A stretch of DNA of 63,593 bases, counting the filler, from Chthonomonadaceae bacterium (GTDB lineage Bacteria > Armatimonadota > Chthonomonadetes > Chthonomonadales > Chthonomonadaceae), in assembly GCA_035650735.1 (NCBI GenBank). It is 5 parts of 5 records of this genome, joined end to end, with 100 filler letters (N's around TTAATTAATTAA, not from the genome) between each part and the next. Parts side by side here need not be neighbours in the genome. Positions count along the whole stretch, not along the records: positions 53,178 to 56,598 come from DASRGZ010000159.1; positions 56,699 to 63,593 come from DASRGZ010000160.1; 3 more parts are not named here. One strand, given 5' to 3'. Made by a program: the position numbers and the translations under genes. The notes under the pieces are model-generated. The model saw nothing but the letters and a program-made list of their open reading frames with translations, searched no databases and was not told the DNA's origin. The number at the start of each line of letters is the position of its first letter. Positions within the stretch are counted from its first letter, which is position 1. This document shows positions 55,528-63,593 of the stretch, piece by piece.

Positions 55528-55734
55528 ATGAGGATTAACGCAGTTAGCTTTGTCCCGACGACGCCGCAGACCGATATCCAGATCAATTCCCTTGCAGCCC
55601 CTTCCGACACCCAAACGCAAGCCGGCACTACGGAGGGCGTCTCGCCGGCAGCCAGTCTCAGCATCAGCCAGGCGGCCCGGTCTCTGGCGCAGCAGTCCGG
55701 AACAGGCAGCGCGGCACAGACGGCCCACGCCTAG
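55528..55734 (+). CDS. 68-aa Ser/Thr/Gln/Ala-rich hypothetical protein
   Basis: Directly downstream of the sigma28 promoter; SLSISQAARSL segment. Confidence 0.55.
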   Translation: MRINAVSFVPTTPQTDIQINSLAAPSDTQTQAGTTEGVSPAASLSISQAARSLAQQSGTGSAAQTAHA

Positions 55735-55840
55735 CGGGAGGAACCAGGCATAGCCGCTTGCAGCCTGGCCGTCCACTCCTGAACAGCTAGACAACTTTAG
55801 GGTCAGGCAGCGCTGTTTTTGCCACTCCCAGAAAAACAAA

Positions 55841-56598
55841 CATGAGTCATCGCGAATTTTAGCATGACTCGACACAAGCGACCTCCTGCGGTAGATGTGA
55901 GTTACCAGGCTCAATTACCCGTAAGGAGGTCGCTTGCACATGCATCCGGATTATGCCCCAATCCAAGCCCAATTGCAAGCCGCTCCGACGCTTTCGGCGC
56001 ACCTGCGTCAGAGACTGGCTGGCTTTGTCGCCCCGCTGTTGGTCTCGCTGGATCGCCAGATCGACGCCCGGCTAGTACGCACCTTCCTGGCCACCCTCGA
56101 AGTCATCCTCTGCTTTCGCAATCGGGCACAGGGACTGCTCTTAGCGGAGTTGGGCAGCTTTCTGCTTTCCCCTGAGCGCGCCCCCGCCGGCACCAAGCGC
56201 CTTTCGAACCTCCTCCGCTCCAAGGAGTGGACAGCAGGAGTGCTCTCGGCCTTTCTCTGGCAGCAGGCCACCGACCATCTGCAAGAGTTGGAGGCGGCGG
56301 GGGAAGAGGCGCTGCTGTTGTGGGAGGAGAGGGTGCAAGAGAAGCCCGAGAGCTTGGCTGCCGAGGGGTTGTGCCCGGTACGAAGCAGCAAGGGCCAGCG
56401 CCTCACCCGCATCAAACCGGGCTACTACCACCCGCCTGAAGGCCGAAAGCCCATCTTCGTGCCCGGCTTGCGCTGGCTGTGCCTGCTGGTCTGTGGCAGG
56501 CAGGGTAGGCCGCATGGGGCCTGCATGCGCTGGTTTAGCACAAGGGGCCCGCAGGCTACAAAGGCCCGCACCGTCCAGGAGGGCTTGCTCCGGGAGTG
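55841..56598 (+). mobile_element. IS element, left part, with IS4-like DDE transposase (CDS from 55940, cut by gap)
   Basis: LDRQIDARLVRT, APAGTKRLSNLL, EKPES..EGLCPVRSSK; candidate left end CATGAGTCATCGCGAATTTT; contig ends inside it. Confidence 0.75.
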
Positions 56599-56698
56599 NN
56601 NNNNNNNNNNNNNNNNNNNNNNNNNNNNNNNNNNNNNNNNNNTTAATTAATTAANNNNNNNNNNNNNNNNNNNNNNNNNNNNNNNNNNNNNNNNNNNN
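56599..56698. other. Artificial contig linker
   Basis: N-run containing TTAATTAATTAA. Confidence 0.98.
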
Positions 56699-57508
56699 CC
56701 CCCAGCAGCAAGCCCAGGGCACACAGCAGTGGCATGAGGAAGCGCTCACATACAACGGTTCGCATGTTCTGGTTCCAGCCTTTCTAAAGAAAATAAAGGA
56801 CAATGCGCGCTCTGTGAGCCAGGCATCCGAGGGCGGGACAGCAGGAGCAGCGGGAGCGCACCGAAGCCGGGAGGCTCACTAGGGCTTTCAGGCAGCCTGG
56901 ACGACAAACCAGGTTGTCAAATAACAATCAACCGCTATTCGCAACAGCACAACCACTTGGAGATTGGAGCGCCCAGGGAGGGGCAGGAGGATAGACTTCA
57001 GGATCTATCTAGGGACGTACAGAAGTAAAAGCAGAGGCAAAATTGCAGTTTAGCAGCTGAACAAAAAAGGCAGCTATCTCTTATCTCATGGCAGGAGAAG
57101 CCGCGGAAACGTGGGCAGATCGCCTGCAAGAAACCTTGGATCGTTGCCAAGAACGCCCTGCAACCTCAAGATTACCGGGCGTATTGTAACAAATAAGCAA
57201 GCGAATAGTCAATCGTTTTCTGGCAATCAAGCAAAAATTTTTCCCTTTATTCTGGAAAATAGAATCACCGTAGCCATCTGACAGATAGCCGTCGCATCCC
57301 AGGCGCCGCCTATCTGCCTTTGGCGCGGTGATTCGGCTCATCCGTCTTCCAGCCGACCTGGAGGCATCTGCCGGAGGCAACACGCGCGCAGGACTTCCTT
57401 TTGCTGCGGAGCGAAATCAGGCTGCCAGAAGAGCGGGTGCCAGTCGAATATCTAGTCAATCAGGCGAGCTTGCAAGATACGTGCCAATCGGGCCGTGACA
57501 CTAAAAAT

Positions 57509-58903
57509 TTATCGTTTTTCTTTAGTTGCGCGCTCTTCCAGAGTGATCAGGAGGACGCTGTCGGCAGGGCAGTAGATCTGGCAGCGGAACGCCGCCTCCG
57601 TATAGACCTCGCGCTGCTCTGCTGGAAGCAACTCTAACAGCTCGGCGGACCAGCGGCGCTGCGCGTCTATGCGGTAGGTCGTCAGGAGTTTTGGGCCGGG
57701 AGTCAGGCCGGCGAACTGGGCCGTGACGGTCATATCATGGGACTCGTACAAGTTGAAGTTGACCAGAAGGGCCGCAATTCGGCCCTCGCTGCGGCCCGCC
57801 AGCGTGCTGAGGTCCGGATGGTCGGAGCGCACCGCGATTCGCTCCCCTCCTAATCGGCCCAGCATCTGGTACACGAAGTACTGAGGGCGCACCTCTCCCC
57901 CGACGCCGAATAGGCCGAAGCGGTGGGGCACCTCGTTCCAGTGGCGTTCCATCAGTTCCAGGCCCGCCGGCGAGAAGAAGGGCCGGAAGGGATCCGGGTA
58001 GAACACCTGATCCCAGAGGTGGTAGTAGAACGACCAATCCAGCCCGGCCTCCTGCATGGCCAGCAGCACCGCCGCCGTGTTGGCCGCCCGACGCGCAACA
58101 AACGCCTCTTCCTCTACGGAGACGGCGGGGAAGCCCTGGTTCCACTCCGTCACCAGCATTTCCGGGCGCGGGCCGGGGAAGCCCTGTAGCGCGGCCTTCA
58201 CCGCTTCCACCCCGGCGACGTGGCGGCGCGGGTCGTCATGGTAGAGGTGCCAGGAGACGAAGTCCAACTGCGTTCCTGTCTGGCGGCAGCGGGCAATAAA
58301 GCCGGGCAGCGGCTCATTGGCGACGGACGCCGCCGCCGGCCCGCCCACTCTGGCCGCTGGAAACGTCTCCAGGATCGGTTGGATCGTCATCTGGTAGTAG
58401 GCAAGATAGTCTTCGGGGCTGCGAATGAGGTAGGGACAGCCGCCCGACTCGCCGATGTCCGGCTCGTTGCCCACCTCCCAGTGCGTGACCAGCGGCCGCT
58501 CCACCGAGTAGCGCCGGACGAGCGCCGCGATCATCTGCTGCCACGCGCGCACGTCGCCGGGCTGCCAGAGAGCGTGATCCACCTGCGGAAACAGGACGGG
58601 CGGCTTGAGGGTGATGGCGGCTACGAGTTTGGCGCCCGTCTGCGCAAACGCCTCCATATAGGGGTCGAGCCGGCTCCAGTCGAAGCGCCCGCGCGCCGGA
58701 TAGACGGCAAAGCACTCCTGAAGGAAGATGCGTATCAGGCGCGGTTGCAGCTTGCGCGTTCCCGCCACGACATGCTCAGGCAGGGGCAGGGTGTTGATGC
58801 CGCCGTGGCCGATGGCGTGCCGCCACCACTCCAGCGGCCCCGCGGATTCGCCGCCCTCTATCGTGACCTGGGCGCGCGGCAGCGCCCCGAAATCTGGTTG
58901 CAT
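57509..58903 (-). CDS. GH39-like (clan GH-A) glycoside hydrolase
   Basis: WEVGNEPD, VGGPA, DFVSWHLY, VTEWN; GAGGA RBS before ATG 58903. Confidence 0.85.
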   Translation of the reverse strand: MQPDFGALPRAQVTIEGGESAGPLEWWRHAIGHGGINTLPLPEHVVAGTRKLQPRLIRIFLQECFAVYPARGRFDWSRLDPYMEAFAQTGAKLVAAITLKPPVLFPQVDHALWQPGDVRAWQQMIAALVRRYSVERPLVTHWEVGNEPDIGESGGCPYLIRSPEDYLAYYQMTIQPILETFPAARVGGPAAASVANEPLPGFIARCRQTGTQLDFVSWHLYHDDPRRHVAGVEAVKAALQGFPGPRPEMLVTEWNQGFPAVSVEEEAFVARRAANTAAVLLAMQEAGLDWSFYYHLWDQVFYPDPFRPFFSPAGLELMERHWNEVPHRFGLFGVGGEVRPQYFVYQMLGRLGGERIAVRSDHPDLSTLAGRSEGRIAALLVNFNLYESHDMTVTAQFAGLTPGPKLLTTYRIDAQRRWSAELLELLPAEQREVYTEAAFRCQIYCPADSVLLITLEERATKEKR

Positions 58904-58969
58904 CGGTGCTATCCTCAGTTCCGTAAGCAGCCGTGCCGGATCTGCTCGTTGTAGCGTGAGAGGGAGATG

Positions 58970-59120
58970 CCGCCCGGCCCTAAAGGACCGGGCTGCGGAC
59001 GGCAAAAGCCCCGTAAACGGGGCTGTGTCGTGTGGAGCGGTTCCTAAAGGCATCCAACCTCTGGCAGCCTGCTTGAGCGAGGCTCAGCGTCCGCAGCCCA
59101 CTCCTTCAGGGGTGGGCTGC
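58970..59120. repeat. REP/BIME-like palindrome cluster
   Basis: GCCCGGCCCTAAAGGACCGGGC, AGCCCCGTAAACGGGGCT, GCAGCCCACTCCTTCAGGGGTGGGCTGC. Confidence 0.7.
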
Positions 59121-59225
59121 CAGAAGGTGCCGCAGACGCTCTTAACGGACCCTCAAGCCTGGCTGCCTGCAACATTCGGCAAAACCGGACGATCTCCTGC
59201 CGCTGATTAGGAAGAAAGGAGAAAA

Positions 59226-59858
59226 ATGGCACGCGACCTGTTGATTCTTGGCGCGGGCGTTCATAGCGCCGAAATGGCCGAGATCGCCGAGCGGATTAAC
59301 CGGGTGGAACCGACCTGGAACCTGCTCGGCTTCCTCTCTCCCGACGCGGCGCAGCAGGGCACGCTGCGCAACGGCTACCCGGTGCTGGGGCCGCCGGAGG
59401 CGCTGGCCGCGTACCCGTCGGCTTACCTGGTGCCGGATAACGAATGGCCGCGCGCGCTGCCTGTGCCTTACGAGCGGCTTGTCTCGCTGATCGATCCCAG
59501 CGTGTTTGTCTCCCGCACGGCCCGGATCGGTAGGGGATGCGTGATCTATCCGCATAGCTATATCGGTCTGAACGCCCGGATAGGAGATTATGCCTTCTGC
59601 CTGAGCGGCTGCGTGATCAACCATGACGACGTGCTCGAAGACCGGGTGGTGCTTGCCAGCGGCGTCAGCCTGGCCGGCAGCGTGCATGTGGAGGCTGACT
59701 GCTATCTGGGGCAGGCGTGCACCATACGGCAGTACGTGCGGATCGGGCGCGGAAGTTTGATCGGGATGGGAGCGGTGGTGGTCAAGGATGTCGCGCCTAA
59801 CAGCGTCATCGTCGGCAATCCGGGCCGCAAGCTCCGGGATCGAGACGAGAGCGGATAA
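59226..59858 (+). CDS. NeuD/PglD-like sugar acetyltransferase (hexapeptide repeat)
   Basis: LLILGAG, LIDPS, INHD, VGNPGR. Confidence 0.87.
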   Translation: MARDLLILGAGVHSAEMAEIAERINRVEPTWNLLGFLSPDAAQQGTLRNGYPVLGPPEALAAYPSAYLVPDNEWPRALPVPYERLVSLIDPSVFVSRTARIGRGCVIYPHSYIGLNARIGDYAFCLSGCVINHDDVLEDRVVLASGVSLAGSVHVEADCYLGQACTIRQYVRIGRGSLIGMGAVVVKDVAPNSVIVGNPGRKLRDRDESG

Positions 59859-59877
59859 CCCCGCCCCCGCTGGAGGG

Positions 59878-61035
59878 TCAGGCATAGAGCAAATGAGGGC
59901 GACGACGCCTGCGGAACGCCTCGATGTCTTTCTGCCAGGAGCGCGTCAGCGTCTCTGCGGACTCCCCCGCCAGCAGCGCCTCCTGCGCCGCCCGGTTTGC
60001 CAGCAGCCGGATGAAGCGTGCCGCCTCCCACTCCTGCGGATAGAGGCGGCGCAGCGTCTCCGCAATGACCAAACCCGTATAGACCGGCACAAAACGGTGT
60101 CGGGCCGTGATGAGGACGTTGACGCCGCCGCAGGCCTGCCCGGCATAGACGCTGGACTTCGGGGTGAAGCGCACCGGCACAAAGCGAACGCCGGGCGCCT
60201 CACGCGCGTTCAGTGCGGCGGCCAGGCGGCGGCCATCTAGCCAGGGAGCACCAAAAATCTCAAAGGGCGTGTCCGTGCCGCGCCCGACCGAAATGTTGGT
60301 CGTCTCCAGCAGGCCGATGCCCGGATAGAGCAGGGCTTCCGTGAGCGAGCGCATATTCGGCGAAGGGTTCACCCAGGTCAGGTTGGTGGCGTCCCAGAAG
60401 TCGGCGCGCCGCCAGCCCTCCACCAGAATCACTTGCAGATCGGCCCCCAGCTTCTTCTCTGCATTGAACAGCCGCGCCAGTTCGCCGACCGTCATGCCGT
60501 GTCGAATCGGGAGGCGATGGTAGGCGGTGAAGCTGAGTTGATCGGCGTCGGCGAGCGGTCCCTCTACCTCCAGGCCGCCGAGCGGGTTGGGCCGATCCAG
60601 AACGACGTAGCGTAGGCCGTGCTTCGCCGCTTCCTCCAGCGTCAATCCCAGCGTGCTGATATAGGTATAGAACCGCGTGCCGATGTCCTGAATGTCGAAG
60701 ACGAGCGTATCCAGCCCGGCCAGTTGCTCGGCGGTGGGACGGTTGCGTGCTCCGTAGAGGCTGTAGACCGGTAGGCCGGTGGCCTCGTCTTTCATATCGG
60801 GAACGTGCTCATCCAGCGCGCCGCGAATGCCGTGCTCCGGGCCAAAAAGCGCGGCCAACTGGAGGTTCGGCGCGGCGTGCAGCAGATCGGCAGTGGCGTG
60901 TCCCTCCCGGTTCAGGCCGGTGTGATTGGTGATAAGGCCGACACGCCGCCCGCGTAGCGGGACAAAGCCGCCGCGCTGCAACACATCTATGCCTGTGGAA
61001 ACAGGGTTCATATCCATCGGTTGCGGAGCAGACAT
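59878..61035 (-). CDS. DUF1343 / NamZ-family exo-beta-N-acetylmuramidase
   Basis: GLITNHTG, LFGPEHG, DIQDIGTRFYTY, DRPNP, RHGMT.GELA, PSPNM. Confidence 0.92.
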   Translation of the reverse strand: MSAPQPMDMNPVSTGIDVLQRGGFVPLRGRRVGLITNHTGLNREGHATADLLHAAPNLQLAALFGPEHGIRGALDEHVPDMKDEATGLPVYSLYGARNRPTAEQLAGLDTLVFDIQDIGTRFYTYISTLGLTLEEAAKHGLRYVVLDRPNPLGGLEVEGPLADADQLSFTAYHRLPIRHGMTVGELARLFNAEKKLGADLQVILVEGWRRADFWDATNLTWVNPSPNMRSLTEALLYPGIGLLETTNISVGRGTDTPFEIFGAPWLDGRRLAAALNAREAPGVRFVPVRFTPKSSVYAGQACGGVNVLITARHRFVPVYTGLVIAETLRRLYPQEWEAARFIRLLANRAAQEALLAGESAETLTRSWQKDIEAFRRRRRPHLLYA

Positions 61036-61072
61036 AAATTCGTCATCCAGTATGGAATTTCACGCCAGGCTA

Positions 61073-61138
61073 TTGACAAAGGCAACGCGCTATGTTACAT
61101 TATTACCTAGTTACATACCAACCAGTGTAACTAGGTAA
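61073..61138 (+). promoter_or_regulatory. sigma70 promoter with downstream palindromic operator
   Basis: TTGACA-N17-TACATT; perfect 13-bp inverted repeat TTACCTAGTTACA (61103-61115) / TGTAACTAGGTAA (61126-61138). Confidence 0.7.
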
Positions 61139-61166
61139 CATGCTCTTAGACGAAAGGAGCGTTCCA

Positions 61167-61493
61167 ATGTCTGAGCCATCTGAGCCAACCGAGAAAGTTT
61201 CGGTCGAGCGTGTGCAGCTTGGCGTGCGCATGGAGAAGCGCATGGTAAAGGTACTCAAGGGCCTGGCGGAATTTAAGAACATGACGCTCGGCCAACTGCT
61301 GGAAGAGATCGTGCTGCACTCCTTTGAGCCGGTGGCCGGCCATGAAGGGCAGATGTGCGCCAGTCCCCACGGCAAGCGGTCGCTGGAAGCCATCGCCGAG
61401 CTCAAACGCATCTACGGCATGGACTATGACACCCATGCCAGCTATCGCTTCCAGGATAAAGGGGCCAAACCGGAACCGGAAGCGGAAGCCTGA
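61167..61493 (+). CDS. Small protein, possible ribbon-helix-helix DNA-binding protein
   Basis: AAGGAG RBS; RVQLGVRMEKRMVKVLKGLAEFKNMTLGQLLEEIV has strand-helix-helix spacing. Confidence 0.7.
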   Translation: MSEPSEPTEKVSVERVQLGVRMEKRMVKVLKGLAEFKNMTLGQLLEEIVLHSFEPVAGHEGQMCASPHGKRSLEAIAELKRIYGMDYDTHASYRFQDKGAKPEPEAEA

Positions 61494-61635
61494 CCCTCAA
61501 GATTCGGTTTCGGTAACAGCCTGATGCGTCAGGATAAGGCTTCGCGCGTCAGGCTGTTCCTAACCTCCTCCTTACGACGCTCGATTTCCTCCTTGTTTCT
61601 TGGTTCGCTTCTATTTGCCTGGAAGTAGGGAACCT

Positions 61636-61962
61636 TCAGCGCAGGGTGATGGACTGCGTCCAGATCGTCATGCCGGGGTTGCGCCGATAGGATCGCTGCA
61701 GGGCGCGCAGGCCAGCAATGACGCGCTCGGCCTCGGCTTCCTCCAGCGCGATATAGAGCAGGTTGACGGTGCCGGGCCAGATGGGGGTGTCCAGCTTGCG
61801 GCCCGCGCCGCCGAAGCCGTGCGCGCCAAATAGCTTGGTCCAGCCGGTGACGCCCAGGTCGTCGAGCGTTTCCGTTACGCGCTCATCCATGCCGCTATCA
61901 TAGAGGACGGTCAGGAGAAGGCAAGCCGTCGGTGCGTTGTAGGGGTCTTCTGAATCGGGCAT
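61636..61962 (-). CDS. P-II-like small protein (PG0541-type)
   Basis: LDDLGVTGWT..HGFG.AG..IWPG. Confidence 0.65.
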   Translation of the reverse strand: MPDSEDPYNAPTACLLLTVLYDSGMDERVTETLDDLGVTGWTKLFGAHGFGGAGRKLDTPIWPGTVNLLYIALEEAEAERVIAGLRALQRSYRRNPGMTIWTQSITLR

Positions 61963-62122
61963 TGCGCTGCTGTTTTGGAGCCCTTCTGCCGGGCCAGGAA
62001 TATGCTAGTGGAACGTGTATTTTCCGCGCCCGTGCCGTGTTCAGTATAGATACCGCCGTCGGGCCGTGCCTCTTGACAGGCTTCGGCCCGGCGTGCGACA
62101 ATGAGGGCACGGAGGAGACGTT

Positions 62123-63409
62123 ATGCTGGATATACGCCTATTTCGTGAACAGCCGGAACTGGTCAAAGAGGGCCTTGCCAAGATGGGCACGCCGCCCGAA
62201 ACGGTGGATCGGGTGCGCGAGATGGATGCGCTGGTGCGCTCCCTCAAGACCGATGCCGAAACCAAAAAGGCCGAGATGAACGCCGCCTCAAAGGCGCTGG
62301 GCAAGGCCAGCCCGGAGGAGCGCGAGGCCAAGCGCGTCGAGCTGCGCGCCCTGGGCGACCGCATCAGCGAGCTGGATGCCCGCCGCGCCGAAGTGGAGCA
62401 GGAGCTGCGCGAGTTGCTGCTGCGGCTTCCCAATCTGCCCGACCCGCGCGTGCCTATCGGCAGCAGCGAGGAGGATAACGTCCTGGTGCGCTCGTGGGGC
62501 GAGCCGCGCAAGTTTGATTTTCAGCCGAAGCCCCATTGGGAGATCGGCGAGCAACTGGGCATTCTGGATATCGAGCGGGGCATCAAGATCAGCGGCTCGC
62601 GCTTCTACGTGCTGTGCGGGCTGGGTGCGGCCTTGCAGCGCGCCCTGATTGCCTGGATGCTGGACGTTCACATCCAGAAACACGGCTACACCGAGGTCTA
62701 TCCGCCCTTCCTCGTCAAAGGGGAGTGCCTGGTGGGAACGGGCCAACTTCCCAAATTCGCCGACAACCAGTACCACGACGCCGAAGAGGACTTCTGGCTG
62801 GTGCCCACTGCCGAAGTGCCGGTGACCAACCTGCATCGCGACGAAATTTTACCGACAGAGAAGCTGCCGCTGCATTACGTAGCCTATACGCCCTGCTTCC
62901 GCCGCGAGAAGATGTCGGCGGGGCGCGACGTGCGGGGCATCAAGCGCGGCCACCAGTTCGATAAGGTGGAGATGGTCAAGCTTTGCAGGCCCGAAGAGTC
63001 CGAGGCCGAGCTGCAATCGCTGGTGGACAATGCCGAGGACATCTGTCGCGGCCTGGAGCTTCCCTATCGCGTCATGCTGGTCTGCACGGGCGAGAAGGGG
63101 GATTTCAATTCCATTCAATACGACCTGGAGATGTACGCGCCCGCGAGCAAGGGCGAAGAGGGCGGCGAGTGGCTGGAGGTCTCCTCCTGCTCGAACTTCC
63201 GCGACTACCAGGCGCGGCGGGCCAATATCCGCTATCGCTCGGAGAAGACCGGGAGGCCGGAGTTAGTCCACACGCTGAACGGGTCGGGGCTGGCCCTGCC
63301 GCGCGTGGTGATCGCCATTCTGGAAAACTACCAGAACGCCGACGGCAGCGTGACGATCCCGCGCGTTCTGCGGCCCTATCTGCATGGACGGGAAGTGATT
63401 ACGCGGTAG
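62123..63409 (+). CDS. serS: Serine--tRNA ligase
   Basis: MLDI, PHWEIG, TGQLPKF, PTAEVP, CFRRE, HQFDKVE, EVSSCSN, HTLNGSGLA. Confidence 0.97.
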   Translation: MLDIRLFREQPELVKEGLAKMGTPPETVDRVREMDALVRSLKTDAETKKAEMNAASKALGKASPEEREAKRVELRALGDRISELDARRAEVEQELRELLLRLPNLPDPRVPIGSSEEDNVLVRSWGEPRKFDFQPKPHWEIGEQLGILDIERGIKISGSRFYVLCGLGAALQRALIAWMLDVHIQKHGYTEVYPPFLVKGECLVGTGQLPKFADNQYHDAEEDFWLVPTAEVPVTNLHRDEILPTEKLPLHYVAYTPCFRREKMSAGRDVRGIKRGHQFDKVEMVKLCRPEESEAELQSLVDNAEDICRGLELPYRVMLVCTGEKGDFNSIQYDLEMYAPASKGEEGGEWLEVSSCSNFRDYQARRANIRYRSEKTGRPELVHTLNGSGLALPRVVIAILENYQNADGSVTIPRVLRPYLHGREVITR

Positions 63410-63429
63410 CCCGCATTCCCGGTGGACCT

Positions 63430-63593
63430 AACCCCTAGCGGCAGGGTTTAGCCTGCCGCTAGGGGGCGCTTTGCGCCCGTCGCCCACCTGCGTGGGCGAA
63501 ACATTCTGCCTGCACAGGCATCGCAAGGCGGAGGGCTGTCGCAAGGCAGAGCCGTGTCGCAAGGTGTCGCTAGGCGGAGGCAAGGGCCGTAAC
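63430..63593. repeat. Modular intergenic repeat copy
   Basis: CCCCTAGCGGCAGGGTTTAGCCTGCCGCTAGGGG, CGCCCACCTGCGTGGGCG, TCGCAAGG units, GGCGGAGGCAAGGGCCGTAAC. Confidence 0.85.

Noticed and set aside
61963..62122. T-box leader for serS
   Set aside because: Spacer too short and no T-box consensus or terminator seen.

Overview
GC-rich bacterial DNA made of five contigs joined by 100-nt N/TTAATTAATTAA linkers (23240-23339, 42552-42651, 53078-53177, 56599-56698), so adjacency across linkers means nothing. Gene content (H-X9-DG protein, PEP-CTERM protein, DUF6785-like transporter, jag) suggests an Armatimonadota-like MAG; this is inference. Housekeeping genes: upp-plsC-cmk, rpmH-rnpA-yidD-yidC-jag, tmRNA, obgE-proB, serS. 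The best candidate for an undescribed system is a ~13-kb minus-strand cluster (about 6950-19399, possibly extending to 4701). It encodes a ~1670-aa protein with an M28-peptidase-fold ectodomain whose metal ligands are substituted (nicastrin/nicalin-like) fused to MacB/FtsX permease modules, an OPT-like membrane protein, a membrane-anchored H-X9-DG protein, an internally duplicated Cys-containing protein, a stand-alone PqqD/RRE-like protein, a second small FtsX permease, a LolD/MacB ATPase and a degenerate PTS Enzyme I homologue. Other notable items: a near-consensus sigma28 promoter ahead of a 68-aa orphan, a CcrM-like methyltransferase with upstream GANTC sites, an SRPBCC + ketosynthase pair split by a small island, two genes that look internally deleted, two MITE-like elements, an IS fragment and a modular intergenic repeat family. 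All family assignments come from motif recognition by eye; no searches were run.
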